The notes: generated by a model from the sequence alone, not told the origin. A stretch of 64,000 nt of DNA from Kofleriaceae bacterium (GCA_965215005.1 CBDCCZ010000060.1:1-64000); one strand, 5' to 3'; positions 19,483-29,520 are shown, counted from the stretch's first letter. Made by a program: numbers and translations.

Positions 19483-20844
19483 ATGAGCAAGTGGACTCCC
19501 ACTTCTTGGCAAGCAAAGACTTCCACCCAACAACCCGTGTATCCCGACGCCGCGCGGTTGGGGCGCGTGGTCGAGCAGATGACTCGCCTGCCGCCGCTCG
19601 TCACCTCTTGGGAAATCGAGGCGCTGCGTAGCAAGCTGGGACGAGCCGCGCGCGGGGAGATGTTCCTTCTGCAGGGTGGGGATTGCGCCGAGAGCTTCGA
19701 TGACTGCGGCTCGGAAGGTATCGCCGCGAAGCTCAAGATCCTCTTGCAAATGAGTTTGGTGCTGGTGCACGGCACCCGCAAGAGCATCATCCGCGTGGGT
19801 CGTATTGCGGGGCAGTATGCCAAGCCGCGCTCTTCCGACGTCGAGATGCGCGGTGACGTCAGCTTGCCGAGCTATCGCGGGGACATCATCAATCGCTCCG
19901 GTTTTACTACCGAAGAGCGCACCCCCGACCCGGAGCTGATGCTGCGCGGCTACGAACGCGCAGCTCTCACGCTCAATTTCATTCGCGCGTTGGCCGCCGG
20001 CGGCTTTGCTGACCTGCATCATCCAGAGTACTGGAATCTCGGCTTCATCGAGCATGCGGAGCTCGCCGAGGAGTACGAGCGCATCGTCGAGTCGATTCGC
20101 CAGTCCATCGACTTCATGGAGGCGGTTGCCAATCAGCACATCCACAAGCTCGATCGCGTCGATGTGTATACGAGCCATGAAGCGCTAGCGCTGCTCTACG
20201 AACAAGCGCAAACGCGACGCGTGCCGCGACGAGACGGTTGGTACAATTTGTCAACGCACTTGCCATGGATCGGCATGCGCACCGCCGCACCCGACGCGGC
20301 GCATGTCGAATACTGTCGCGGGATTCGCAATCCTATTGGCGTCAAAGTTGGCCCCGCGATGACGCCGGAATGGCTTACGGAGCTGATTGACATCCTGCAT
20401 CCCGACGACGAGCCTGGGCGGCTGATGCTCATCCAACGCATGGGCGCGACCAAGGTGGCCGAGAAGCTGCCGGCCCTGATCGAGGCCGTGCGCAAGACCG
20501 GCAAGACGGTTCTTTGGTGCGTAGATCCCATGCACGGCAACACCGAAACCACCGCCAGCGGCATCAAAACGCGCCGCTTCGACACCATCATCGCGGAGGT
20601 CGAGCAGTCGTTCGAGGTTCACGACGAGATGGGCAGCATACTCGGCGGCGTGCACTTTGAGCTCACCGGCGAAAACGTTACCGAGTGTATTGGTGGTGCG
20701 CGAGGGCTCGATGAGATCGATCTCGAGCGGGCGTATCGCAGCCAGGTCGACCCGCGGCTCAACTATGAGCAGGCCCTGGAAATGGCGATGCGAGTGTCTC
20801 GACATCTCTCGAGCCGACCGCGGCGGGGCAACAGTCGCGGATGA
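19483..20844 (+). CDS. Class II DAHP synthase (3-deoxy-7-phosphoheptulonate synthase)
   Basis: QGGDCAESF, RIAGQYAKPRS, WIGMRT, DPMHGNT, HFELTG, DPRLN. Confidence 0.95.
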   Translation: MSKWTPTSWQAKTSTQQPVYPDAARLGRVVEQMTRLPPLVTSWEIEALRSKLGRAARGEMFLLQGGDCAESFDDCGSEGIAAKLKILLQMSLVLVHGTRKSIIRVGRIAGQYAKPRSSDVEMRGDVSLPSYRGDIINRSGFTTEERTPDPELMLRGYERAALTLNFIRALAAGGFADLHHPEYWNLGFIEHAELAEEYERIVESIRQSIDFMEAVANQHIHKLDRVDVYTSHEALALLYEQAQTRRVPRRDGWYNLSTHLPWIGMRTAAPDAAHVEYCRGIRNPIGVKVGPAMTPEWLTELIDILHPDDEPGRLMLIQRMGATKVAEKLPALIEAVRKTGKTVLWCVDPMHGNTETTASGIKTRRFDTIIAEVEQSFEVHDEMGSILGGVHFELTGENVTECIGGARGLDEIDLERAYRSQVDPRLNYEQALEMAMRVSRHLSSRPRRGNSRG

Positions 20845-21587
20845 GTAATCAGGCGCGTCTAGTCGACTGGGCGATGCTCGCTATGCTCGCCATCGGCTAC
20901 ACGATTCTAATGGCCAGCGGCATGCCGCTCATAGCCAAGATTCTGGCTGCGCTGGGATTCGCGCTCGTGCTGCTGCTCTGGTTTACGGCGCGCGAGCTGC
21001 GTTCTCACGCCAACATCCAGCGCGCCAGCGCGGTGGGAGATCCGGCGGAGATCTTGCGCCTCACTGAGGTGCTTCTGGCGCGTCGGCGGTCAACAAATCG
21101 CCGCGCGCCGCTGCTCATCTATCGCGCGACAGCGCAGCTGCTCGAGGGCCAATTCGAGGCTGCGCTCGCAACCCTCGATGCGGTGCAGCTCCAGCGCTTG
21201 CGCCCGCGCCGCCGACGCGGTTGGCAGCGCCTTTACGCTGCGACTCGGCTCACGGTGTTGGCTCTGCTGGGTCGCGCTGCGGAGGCACGGCAGGTGTTCG
21301 CCGGTCAGCTCGAGCCACTGGCGGCGTCAGCTCCCACCGCAGCCGATGCGTTGCTGCTGCAAGAGGCCACCGCAAAACTCGACTATGTAGAGGGGCGCCG
21401 CGCAGCCGCGCGCGAAGGCCTCAAGAGCTTGGTTGAAAATGTTCGCATCGCCGAAAGCGCGCGCGCCATTCATTGCTACTTCCTCGCGTCGCTCGCCCGC
21501 GATGAAGGAGAGCCCGCGGAGGCCAATGCGTGGCTTGCGCGCGGCGCAGCGCTGGGCCCGACCACCTTCGTCGCCGCTAAGCAGTAG
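20841..21587 (+). CDS. Membrane protein with TPR-like helical domain
   Basis: Two N-terminal TM helices, Ala/Leu-rich helical repeats; ATGA overlap. Confidence 0.7.
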   Translation: MSNQARLVDWAMLAMLAIGYTILMASGMPLIAKILAALGFALVLLLWFTARELRSHANIQRASAVGDPAEILRLTEVLLARRRSTNRRAPLLIYRATAQLLEGQFEAALATLDAVQLQRLRPRRRRGWQRLYAATRLTVLALLGRAAEARQVFAGQLEPLAASAPTAADALLLQEATAKLDYVEGRRAAAREGLKSLVENVRIAESARAIHCYFLASLARDEGEPAEANAWLARGAALGPTTFVAAKQ

Positions 21588-21599
21588 TTGCACGCGACC

Positions 21600-22301
21600 C
21601 TAGCCGTCATCACCGGGCAGCTGTGGGATCGCGCGCTGGCGCTCTGCTCCATCGCGTAGCGCTTTGCGTTCGCGCTTGCGCCGCTTGCGTGCCTCCCGCG
21701 CGGTCTCGCCGGGTAGTCGAACGCTCACGCTCACTCCGCCCATCACGGCGATGCCGCTGATTCGAAGGATAGTACGGCTTGCGAGCGCCTCTGCGGGATT
21801 GCGCTCGGCGTCCTCGAAGCCGCCGAAGATGCCGATACCTTCGCAATCGACGGCCAGCTCCGGTGGAACGATGATGTCAATGCCGCCCATGAGCGCGACG
21901 ACTCGCACGTGAACTTCGCCTGGCGGCAATCGGCAGTCGCGGAAGTCGAGGTCGGCTCCACCCATGATGGTGACGACGTTGAGCTGCTCGGGCACGATCC
22001 AATGTCCTTTGCGCTCCACGCCTCCCATCAGCGCAACCGCCCAGCGACGCCGCGAGCGAGGCGGCGCCATGGCAGCGTCTGGCGCGAGCGCGATGGCGCG
22101 CGGCATCTCCTCGGGTGCTGCGAGGTCATCGACGATCACCGTTAGCTCGGCAACGGTGGTGGCGCGATGGGCTAGCTCGACCCGTCGATCGAGCTCATCG
22201 ATATCAAGCAGGTCTCTGGCGAATCCCTCGCTCAGCAGCTCGAGTACGCGTGCTCGCTCATCGCGCAATGCAAGCAACGAGGGCTTGTCAGAGGTGGCCA
22301 T
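21600..22301 (-). CDS. DUF1707 (SHOCT-like) plus LiaF-like beta-domain protein
   Basis: DERARVLELLSEGFA...L...EL..RV..A..ATT..EL; repeated (A/I)(L/I)MGG segments. Confidence 0.82.
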   Translation of the reverse strand: MATSDKPSLLALRDERARVLELLSEGFARDLLDIDELDRRVELAHRATTVAELTVIVDDLAAPEEMPRAIALAPDAAMAPPRSRRRWAVALMGGVERKGHWIVPEQLNVVTIMGGADLDFRDCRLPPGEVHVRVVALMGGIDIIVPPELAVDCEGIGIFGGFEDAERNPAEALASRTILRISGIAVMGGVSVSVRLPGETAREARKRRKRERKALRDGAERQRAIPQLPGDDG

Positions 22302-22319
22302 CGCTCAGAGAATAGCGGC

Positions 22320-23141
22320 GTGCGTGTCGAGCTGCACTGTCATTCCACGTGCTCCGATGGCTCCGATGCGCCCGCCCAAGTGGCGATGCTCGCGCGCGAG
22401 GCGGGCGTGGAGCTGTTCTGCCTTACCGATCACGACACGACGGGTGGCTTTCATGCTGCTCGAGCAGCGTTCGCGCCGGGGCGTTCGCTCCGCGCGGTCG
22501 AGCTCAGCTGCACTGCCGAGGGCCGCACGGTGCACCTTTTGGCGTACGATGTTGGCGGCGGCGATTGGTCGTCCATCGAGGCGCGGCTCGATGAGCTCGC
22601 GCTGGCGCGTGTCGCCCGGCTGCGTGACATGGGCGCTCGGCTGCGACGACGCGGCATCGACCTCGATATCGAGCAACTGCTGCAGGCTGCGGGCAATCGA
22701 GTCGTCGGCCGCCCGGATCTTGCGCGGGCGATGGTGGCTGCAGGCGCCGTTGGATCGCTAGACGAGGCGTTTCGCTATCATCTCTACGATGGTGGTCCCG
22801 TGGTCGTGCCCATGAATCGCCTCGAGGTGACCGACGCCCTTGCGATGGTCCACGCGGCGAAGGGGCGAGCATCCATTGCTCATCCTCACACCCTCGGCAG
22901 CAACGCGGCGGCCATGATTCGGCAGCTGCGGGAGAGGGGCCTTGAAGCGATCGAGGCGCTATACGGCATGTACACCAAGAAAGAGCGGCGGCGATGGTTG
23001 GCGCTTGCGGACCAACTCGACCTCGTCGCCACTGGCGGCTCCGATTATCATGGCGATGCAACCCCGGCGGTGAAGCAGCCCGGTATCGAGATAACCGGGC
23101 CGCGTGCCGAGCGCCTCCGCGCGTGGCTCGAGCTCGATTAG
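22320..23141 (+). CDS. PHP-domain phosphoesterase (YciV/TrpH-like)
   Basis: LHCHSTCSDG, TDHDT, VHLL, AHP, GGSDYHG. Confidence 0.92.
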   Translation: MRVELHCHSTCSDGSDAPAQVAMLAREAGVELFCLTDHDTTGGFHAARAAFAPGRSLRAVELSCTAEGRTVHLLAYDVGGGDWSSIEARLDELALARVARLRDMGARLRRRGIDLDIEQLLQAAGNRVVGRPDLARAMVAAGAVGSLDEAFRYHLYDGGPVVVPMNRLEVTDALAMVHAAKGRASIAHPHTLGSNAAAMIRQLRERGLEAIEALYGMYTKKERRRWLALADQLDLVATGGSDYHGDATPAVKQPGIEITGPRAERLRAWLELD

Positions 23142-23201
23142 CGTCGCGGTGGCGCCGTGTGGCATGGCAGATGATATCGTGCGCGTCTCGAGCTGCCACC
23201 C

Positions 23202-23933
23202 ATGGGCACCAAACCGCGACCGCAACCATTTCCTGATGCACGTCAGTGGCTTGGCCACCAGCGACTGCGTCTCGAGCCGCTCGCGCGCCGTCATGCTCCG
23301 GCGCTCTTCGAACTGGTACGGCAAGAGCGAGCTCGACTGCGCCAATGGTTGCCGTGGCTCGACGGCACGCGAACCGTAGACGATACCGATTGCTTCATTC
23401 GTGCCTCGCGCGCAGCCGCGGTCGCCGGTCGGGCTCTGCGGCTGGCAATCGTCGTCGATGACGTGGCGGTGGGCACCTGCGGCATCGAGGATCTCGATTG
23501 GCATGATCGGCGCGGTGCAATTGGGTACTGGATAGGGGAGGCATGGGAGGGAGAAGGGTGGATTTCGGCCGCGGCCGCCCTGCTTTGCCGGTATGGTTTC
23601 CACCGCTTGCAACTCAATCGCATCGAGCTCTACGCGCAGCCGAGCAATCATCGCAGCTGCGCCGTGGCCGAGCGACTGGGATTCCGCCGCGAGGGAATTC
23701 TGCGCGAGCGAGCGCGCCTCTACGACCAGTTCATCGACCTGGCTCTCTACGCGGTCGTGGCGGCGGATGCACTCGTGCACGATGATTGCTGGTGGCGGGC
23801 CATCGAGCGTGAGCAATTGCCGCGCGAGACGATAGTCTGTTCAGCGCAGCCGCTGCGCACCAATCACCAGGCTGATCAATGCAGCGGGCGTGGTCAAGAT
23901 ATCGCTCGGGTCCGCGGTGAGCATCACAGGTGA
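23202..23933 (+). CDS. RimJ/RimL-family GNAT N-acetyltransferase
   Basis: LRQWLPW, IGYWIG, NHRSCAVAERLGFRREG; 3' end overlaps the convergent gene. Confidence 0.85.
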   Translation: MGTKPRPQPFPDARQWLGHQRLRLEPLARRHAPALFELVRQERARLRQWLPWLDGTRTVDDTDCFIRASRAAAVAGRALRLAIVVDDVAVGTCGIEDLDWHDRRGAIGYWIGEAWEGEGWISAAAALLCRYGFHRLQLNRIELYAQPSNHRSCAVAERLGFRREGILRERARLYDQFIDLALYAVVAADALVHDDCWWRAIEREQLPRETIVCSAQPLRTNHQADQCSGRGQDIARVRGEHHR

Positions 23934-24323
23934 GACCGGGGGCGTGGGTGCACCGGAAATCGCGGCGCGAGCAGCCACCAATGGCCACTGCGCCGCCCCC
24001 CAAGCCAGCTGAACCGCTTCCATCGCCGGTATCCACAGCTGCACCAACGAGAACACGATGACAGTTGCAGCGCAACACACGGCCAGTGGCGCGAGGCTCC
24101 TCCCCGGCTCGCGCCTGCAGAGCAATCGTAGGTACTGCCAGATCGCGTGAAGCAAGAGTGGAAAGAAGATGAGCCCAGCGCAATCTGACAACTTCCCCGT
24201 GAGCCAAGCCGGTGCTGTGCCCTTGAGCACGTGATCATTGAGCACCAACACCGCAATGGCAGCCAAGGCAACAGGATGAAGCAGCAGCGCGCCGGGGGCG
24301 GGATGAGGCGGTCTCATCGGCAT
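23841..24323 (-). CDS. Hypothetical membrane protein
   Basis: LLHPV...LVLNDHVLK...WLTGKLSD.AGL...DPSD pattern; several TM segments. Confidence 0.75.
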   Translation of the reverse strand: MPMRPPHPAPGALLLHPVALAAIAVLVLNDHVLKGTAPAWLTGKLSDCAGLIFFPLLLHAIWQYLRLLCRREPGRSLAPLAVCCAATVIVFSLVQLWIPAMEAVQLAWGAAQWPLVAARAAISGAPTPPVSPVMLTADPSDILTTPAALISLVIGAQRLR

Positions 24324-24374
24324 TTAGCGCGCACCGCCGCCAAATGCGCGCTACCGTCACTGAGGTCGCAGCGG

Positions 24375-24923
24375 CTAGAAGATGATGAGTCCAGCGGTGC
24401 AGCGGGTGTAGCCACACGAGCGATAGTAGCCAACTCCTTGGTCAACGTCGTACGCAAACTGCTGAGCGAACGTGTACGTTGGCGCGACAGTGGTGTTGTT
24501 GCGGACGGTCGCGTTGGGATAGGTGGCAAGGAACTCATCGATTGCGCCGAAACCACCGTGCCTGAAGCCGGCTTCGGTTGTGGCCGTGAAAGCGTTGATG
24601 ACGCGTAGCTGACTTACGGTTTCCTGTTCGTCATAGATTACTGCGAGGCGCGCATCCTCGCGGTCGTTCTCGGCACCAATTCCTGGCAGCTCATTTAAGT
24701 AATAGACGCAACCTGTATACCACGGGCACGATTGTGACGCGCCCAGCTGCTGTTCAACCTGTTGCTTAGAGTCGCCAAGATGAATACCCGCGACTTCACT
24801 TCCTTCGATCACGAGGAGCGGCTCATCGGCGTGCGCGGCCGGCACGGCGAGGGCGAAAGTCGAAACGGCAATCGAGGCGATCAGCCCAAAGGAGACACGC
24901 TTGCTTGCTAGATTCTGTTGCAT
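24375..24923 (-). CDS. Hypothetical secreted protein
   Basis: Signal peptide ending AHA; globular domain with paired Cys. Confidence 0.7.
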   Translation of the reverse strand: MQQNLASKRVSFGLIASIAVSTFALAVPAAHADEPLLVIEGSEVAGIHLGDSKQQVEQQLGASQSCPWYTGCVYYLNELPGIGAENDREDARLAVIYDEQETVSQLRVINAFTATTEAGFRHGGFGAIDEFLATYPNATVRNNTTVAPTYTFAQQFAYDVDQGVGYYRSCGYTRCTAGLIIF

Positions 24924-25300
24924 ACGTATCTATATAGGGCGCCGACGGCTGCTCACAACGAAGCAGGACGGGTTCGGCCGGCAAGGATAGTGATTCAGTC
25001 CGTTTCGACCAATCACGGTTTCGGCGACACGACTACCTCGTGGTTTACGGCGCTCCGCTTCGTCCACTTCGGGATAGATGCATTCCGCCGCTAGTCCAAT
25101 TCGGAACGACGCGTAGCACGAGCCTGAACTCGTGTTTCTGGAAGACGCTTCGGGGAGCGCAGGGGGCGCATTCGAGCTGCATGCAATGCAGTTTAATGCT
25201 TGCTGGCCTCACGCCTTCGATCTGCCGCGTAGGCGAGTGAGCGAGCGGCCCGCAGTAATTGAGCACTATAGTGCCCTCTCGACGCCGCAAGAGTCCTTCG

Positions 25301-25328
25301 TTGACACGTCGCGTTAGCTCTGTAAGAT
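25301..25328 (+). promoter_or_regulatory. Putative sigma70 promoter of the ilv operon
   Basis: TTGACA-16 nt-TAAGAT. Confidence 0.55.
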
Positions 25329-25480
25329 ATTGAATCTATGGAGCTATTGCGCCAGTTTTCCCGTCTGCCCCGCGCTGTCTATGCCGCCTCGCCAAGCCGT
25401 CGACGTAGCTTCGGAACGGGACACTCCTGGTGCAGGGTAGCAGTGCGTGAGTCCGCGAAGCGCGGCCTCGCGAGGAACTC

Positions 25481-27217
25481 ATGAAGAGAACCGGTGCCCA
25501 GATCATCTGGGAGTCTCTCGTGCACCACGGCGTCACCACCGTCTTTGGCTATCCAGGTGGCGCGATCCTGCCCGCTTACGACGCGATGCTCGAGTATCCA
25601 ATCCATCACGTTCTGGTGCGACACGAGCAGGGGGCGGCTCATATGGCCGACGGTTACGCCCGTGCTTCAGGACAGGTGGGGGTGTGCATCGCCACCTCGG
25701 GACCGGGGGCCACCAATCTCGTTACTGGGATCGCGACTGCGATGATGGACTCGATCCCGATGGTGGCAATCACTGGTCAAGTTGCCCAAAGCGGTCTCGG
25801 CAAGGACGCATTTCAAGAAACCGACGTGACCGGTGTGACGCTGCCGATCACGAAGCACAACTATCTCGTTACGCGTGCTGAGGATATTGCGCCGGTCTTG
25901 CGTGAGGCCTTCTACATCGCTAGCTCGGGTCGGCCGGGACCGGTGCTGGTGGACATCACCAAAGACGCTCAGCAGGCGACGGCCGACTATCAGCGTTGCG
26001 ATCAGCCGGTAAAGTTGCCGGGCTATCGGCCCGATCACAGCCCAGAAGCGGGGGAGTTCGAGCGAGCCGCGGCGCTCATCAACCGGGCCAAGCGCCCGCT
26101 GATTCTGGCTGGACATGGCGTCATCAAGTCGGAGGCCTCCGCCGAGCTCATTGCGTTCGCCGAGAAAGCAAAGGTGCCAGTGAGCTCGACGCTGCTCGGC
26201 CTCGGCGGCATTCCACACGACCACCCCTTGCACCTCGGGATGATGGGCATGCACGGCGAATCGTGGGTCAACACCGCCATTCAAGAAGCCGACTTGCTGC
26301 TCAGCTTCGGAATGCGATTCGACGACCGAGTTACTGGTAAGCTCGAGACGTACGCCCCGAGCTCGAAGAAGATCCACGTGGAGATCGATCCCGCGGAGAT
26401 CAATAAGAACGTGCGGGTTGACATTGCACTGGTGGGCGACCTCAAGGAGGTGCTTGCAGAGTTGACACCGCGGGTGCAAGTGGTGGTCGAGTCGCCGTGG
26501 GTGGCGCATATCGAGGCGCTCAAAGGCGAGTCTTCCGTACGTGACATTCAGCGATTGCCCGATGACGGGCATCTGTACGCTGCGCACGTGATCAATGACT
26601 TGTGGCGTATTACCGGTGGCAACGCGCTCGTGGTAACCGATGTCGGCCAGCATCAAATGTGGGCGGCGCAATACTACAAGCACCCTTCGCCGCGGAAGTT
26701 GATCACTAGCGGCGGCCTGGGCACCATGGGGTTTGCGCTGCCCGCGGCCATCGGAGCGCGCTTCGCCAAACCAGACGAGGAGATCTGGGTGATTGCTGGC
26801 GACGGTGGTTTTCAGATGACGGCGTGCGAGTTATCGACGTGTGCACAGGAGCAACTCAATCTCAACATCGCCATCATCAACAACGGCTATTTAGGCATGG
26901 TTCGCCAATGGCAAGAGTTCTTCTACGATCGACGTTACGCGGCCACTCCCATCCACAGCCCCGATTTCGTGCTGCTTGCTCGGGCGCATGGTCTCCAGGG
27001 GCTGCGGGTCGAGACCCGCGGGGCGATCGAGGAAACCGTGGCGCAAGCCCGAAGCCACCGCGGCACCAGCATCATCGACTTCCGCGTGGAGCAGCAAGAC
27101 GCGGTCTATCCTATGGTTCCGGCGGGGCGAGACCTCGACGACATGATTCGGCGCCCCGAGCGGGTGGTGGCTGAAACCAGTCCCAATCCGATTTTCGAGA
27201 CCGCCTCGGATCCTTAG
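25481..27217 (+). CDS. ilvB: Acetolactate synthase large subunit
   Basis: FGYPGGA, RHEQGA, TSGPGATN, DVGQHQMW and ThDP motif GDGGFQM...NN. Confidence 0.96.
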   Translation: MKRTGAQIIWESLVHHGVTTVFGYPGGAILPAYDAMLEYPIHHVLVRHEQGAAHMADGYARASGQVGVCIATSGPGATNLVTGIATAMMDSIPMVAITGQVAQSGLGKDAFQETDVTGVTLPITKHNYLVTRAEDIAPVLREAFYIASSGRPGPVLVDITKDAQQATADYQRCDQPVKLPGYRPDHSPEAGEFERAAALINRAKRPLILAGHGVIKSEASAELIAFAEKAKVPVSSTLLGLGGIPHDHPLHLGMMGMHGESWVNTAIQEADLLLSFGMRFDDRVTGKLETYAPSSKKIHVEIDPAEINKNVRVDIALVGDLKEVLAELTPRVQVVVESPWVAHIEALKGESSVRDIQRLPDDGHLYAAHVINDLWRITGGNALVVTDVGQHQMWAAQYYKHPSPRKLITSGGLGTMGFALPAAIGARFAKPDEEIWVIAGDGGFQMTACELSTCAQEQLNLNIAIINNGYLGMVRQWQEFFYDRRYAATPIHSPDFVLLARAHGLQGLRVETRGAIEETVAQARSHRGTSIIDFRVEQQDAVYPMVPAGRDLDDMIRRPERVVAETSPNPIFETASDP

Positions 27218-27232
27218 GCGAGGAAACCAGAC

Positions 27233-27811
27233 ATGACACAAGCCAGAGCCACTATTGACCCGCAGCTGGCCAGACGACACATTTTTGTCGCCTACGTAGA
27301 AGACGTTCCAGGTGTTCTCAATCGCGTGGCGTCGCTGTTTCGCCGGCGTGGCTACAACATCGAGTCTCTCACTGTAGGCAAGTCAGGGGAGCTCGGCGTT
27401 TCTCGTATGACCATCGTCCTCGAAGCAGACGACACCACGGCGCGGCTGATGGAGGCAAACCTCTACAAGCTGGTCAACGTGCTTCGCGTCGACGACGTCA
27501 CCTATGCGAACGCGATCGTTCGCAACCTCGCGCTCATAAAGGTAGCGGTCAACGCGGAGATGCGGCCGCAGGTGATGCAGGTGGCAGACGTGTTTCGTGC
27601 GCGCGTGGTGGATGTGAGCACAGAAGCGCTGGTTTTCGAGATCACGGGGACCGACGACAAGATCACCGGACTGATCGGCGTGCTCGAGCCATTTGGGATT
27701 CTCGAGATGGTTCGAACGGGGGTGGTGGCGATGGGGCGAGGCGCCGCGGCGGCTACCGTTAAATCAAGTGATGGGCTCGTATCGCCCGGCTCGAAGGCCG
27801 CGGCCATCTAG
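27233..27811 (+). CDS. ilvN: Acetolactate synthase small (regulatory) subunit
   Basis: PGVLNRVASLFRRRGYNIESL ACT domain; EMVRTG. Confidence 0.95.
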   Translation: MTQARATIDPQLARRHIFVAYVEDVPGVLNRVASLFRRRGYNIESLTVGKSGELGVSRMTIVLEADDTTARLMEANLYKLVNVLRVDDVTYANAIVRNLALIKVAVNAEMRPQVMQVADVFRARVVDVSTEALVFEITGTDDKITGLIGVLEPFGILEMVRTGVVAMGRGAAAATVKSSDGLVSPGSKAAAI

Positions 27812-27831
27812 TTTGAAGAAAGACAGAACAC

Positions 27832-28845
27832 ATGGCTACGATCTACTACGACAACGATGCTGAGCTCGCGCTCATTCGCGCCAAGAAGGTTGCCGTCATT
27901 GGGTACGGCTCGCAGGGGCACGCTCACGCACTCAACTTGAAAGAGAGCGGAGTCGAGGTGGTGGTCGGTCTCCACGCCGCCTCGAAGAGCCGAGCCAAGG
28001 CCGAGTCCAAAGGTCTCGAGGTGTGGGACGTAGCCAAGGCCGCGGCTTGGGCCGACGTGGTGATGATGCTCGCGCCAGATACCGCTCAGGCAAGCATCTT
28101 TGAAACAGCCATCAAGGACGGCCTTGCTCCGGGAAATCTGCTCCTCTTTGGCCACGGGTTCAACATTCGCTATCAAACCATCGAGCCGGGCGCAGAGCTG
28201 GATGTCGCCATGGTTGCGCCCAAGTCTCCGGGGCATCGGGTCCGTGAGACGTTCGAGGCAGGGCAGGGCGTGCCTGGTCTCATTGCCGTACATCAAGACG
28301 CGACTGGCGGCGCCAAGGCGCTCACGCTCAGCTACGCCAAAGCCATTGGCTGCACCCGCGCCGGCTGCATCGAAACTACTTTCAAAGAAGAGACCGAAAC
28401 CGACCTTTTCGGCGAGCAGGCAGTCTTGTGTGGCGGCGCCAGTGCGCTCATCAAAGCGGCGTTTCAGACGCTCGTCGATGCGGGTTATCAGCCAGAGATT
28501 GCCTACTTCGAGTGTCTGCACGAGCTTAAGCTCATCGTTGACTTGATGTATCGCGGCGGGCTCAACTACATGCGGTATTCGGTTAGCGACACGGCGGAGC
28601 AGGGCGACTATGTTGCGGGGCCGCGCATCGTCACCGACGACACGCGCTCGGCAATGCGGCAGCTGCTGGCGGAAATTCAGGATGGCAGCTTCGCCAAGCG
28701 CTGGATCGAAGAGAACGAAGCTGGTCGCCCGACATTTGAGAAGACGCGTCGCGCGGAGCAGGAGCAACCGCTCGAGAAGGTGGGGGCAACGCTTCGGCAA
28801 ATGATCCCGTTTCTCGACCCGGTGACCATCAAGCCCGGCGAGTGA
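27832..28845 (+). CDS. ilvC: Ketol-acid reductoisomerase
   Basis: [38 protein letters not shown]. Confidence 0.97.
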   Translation: MATIYYDNDAELALIRAKKVAVIGYGSQGHAHALNLKESGVEVVVGLHAASKSRAKAESKGLEVWDVAKAAAWADVVMMLAPDTAQASIFETAIKDGLAPGNLLLFGHGFNIRYQTIEPGAELDVAMVAPKSPGHRVRETFEAGQGVPGLIAVHQDATGGAKALTLSYAKAIGCTRAGCIETTFKEETETDLFGEQAVLCGGASALIKAAFQTLVDAGYQPEIAYFECLHELKLIVDLMYRGGLNYMRYSVSDTAEQGDYVAGPRIVTDDTRSAMRQLLAEIQDGSFAKRWIEENEAGRPTFEKTRRAEQEQPLEKVGATLRQMIPFLDPVTIKPGE

Positions 28846-28866
28846 GCGATGACTGGGAGGATGGGG

Positions 28867-29016
28867 ATGAACGAATCAGCAGCCAGCAGCTATGTTCACG
28901 TGTTCGACACCACGTTGCGCGATGGCGAACAGTCGCCTGGCGCAACCATGACCTCACGCGAGAAGCTCGAGGTAGCGCGGGCGCTCGCACGACTGGGCGT
29001 CGACGTCATCGAAGCG
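28867..29016 (+). pseudogene. leuA: Truncated 2-isopropylmalate synthase (N-terminal ~50 aa only)
   Basis: [25 protein letters not shown]...[19 protein letters not shown]. Similarity stops where GFP is expected; the frame runs on to a stop at 29235. Confidence 0.85.
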
Positions 29017-29077
29017 TTTGGCGACATCAAATCTACCAGCCGTTGCGGTTTGGGCGCTGGCGAGCTATCTGTTTCGA

Positions 29078-29374
29078 GTGACTCGTCGCGTCGTCTACAT
29101 CTGCAAAGGCTCCGACTGCAAAGAACGGCGAGCGGAGCGTGCGGCGGTGTGCAGCGCCGTCGAGCCAATCGCCAAGGTCGCAACGGTGGGTTGTCAAAAG
29201 ATCTGCAAAGGACCGGTGGTGGGCTGCATGATTAGCGATCGGCTGCAGTGGTTCAAAAAGGTCGATTCCCCAAAGGCCGTCCGCGCATTGGTCCACCTCC
29301 TCCAGGAGGGTGAGCTGGGCAAGGGTCTGCGCAAGCGCCTGGTGGAGAAGCGCGCTGGAAAGCTCCGCGAGTAG
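29078..29374 (+). CDS. Thioredoxin-like [2Fe-2S] ferredoxin domain protein
   Basis: VYICKGSDC...[12 protein letters not shown]ys pattern; GTG start assumed. Confidence 0.7.
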   Translation: MTRRVVYICKGSDCKERRAERAAVCSAVEPIAKVATVGCQKICKGPVVGCMISDRLQWFKKVDSPKAVRALVHLLQEGELGKGLRKRLVEKRAGKLRE

Positions 29375-29520
29375 TGGTTCACGGCGGAAGTCGTGAACCG
29401 CAAAAAGCAACAATCGCTTGGGGAGACGCCGAAGGGGCGCGTGAGCAGCAGAATCTGCCGCCCTTGCCCCGCATCGGGGCGGCGGATTTCTGCGTCATGA
29501 GTCCCGCGGCGGCGTACTAG
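29371..29520 (+). repeat. ~150-bp structured intergenic repeat, copy 2
   Basis: Begins at the TAG stop of the ferredoxin gene and ends CGTACTAG, followed by a degenerate restart TGGTTCATGGTGGAAG. Confidence 0.9.

Noticed and set aside
23841..23933. 93-bp convergent overlap of the GNAT and membrane-protein genes as a functional system
   Set aside because: The GNAT tail beyond the domain looks like low-information read-through, common in GC-rich genomes.
25330..25480. Classical ilv attenuator or T-box
   Set aside because: No Ile/Leu/Val codon run, no terminator hairpin with U-tract and no T-box motif seen.
15579..26683. Long antisense ORFs (15579-16724, 18621-19823, 19039-20178, 25667-26683; likewise 62864-63742)
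   Set aside because: They lie opposite well-supported genes and carry no recognisable motifs; stop-poor antisense frames are expected at high GC.
28849..29235. 128-aa ORF as a complete gene
   Set aside because: Only ~50 aa are LeuA-like; the rest is out-of-frame read-through over the ferredoxin-like gene.
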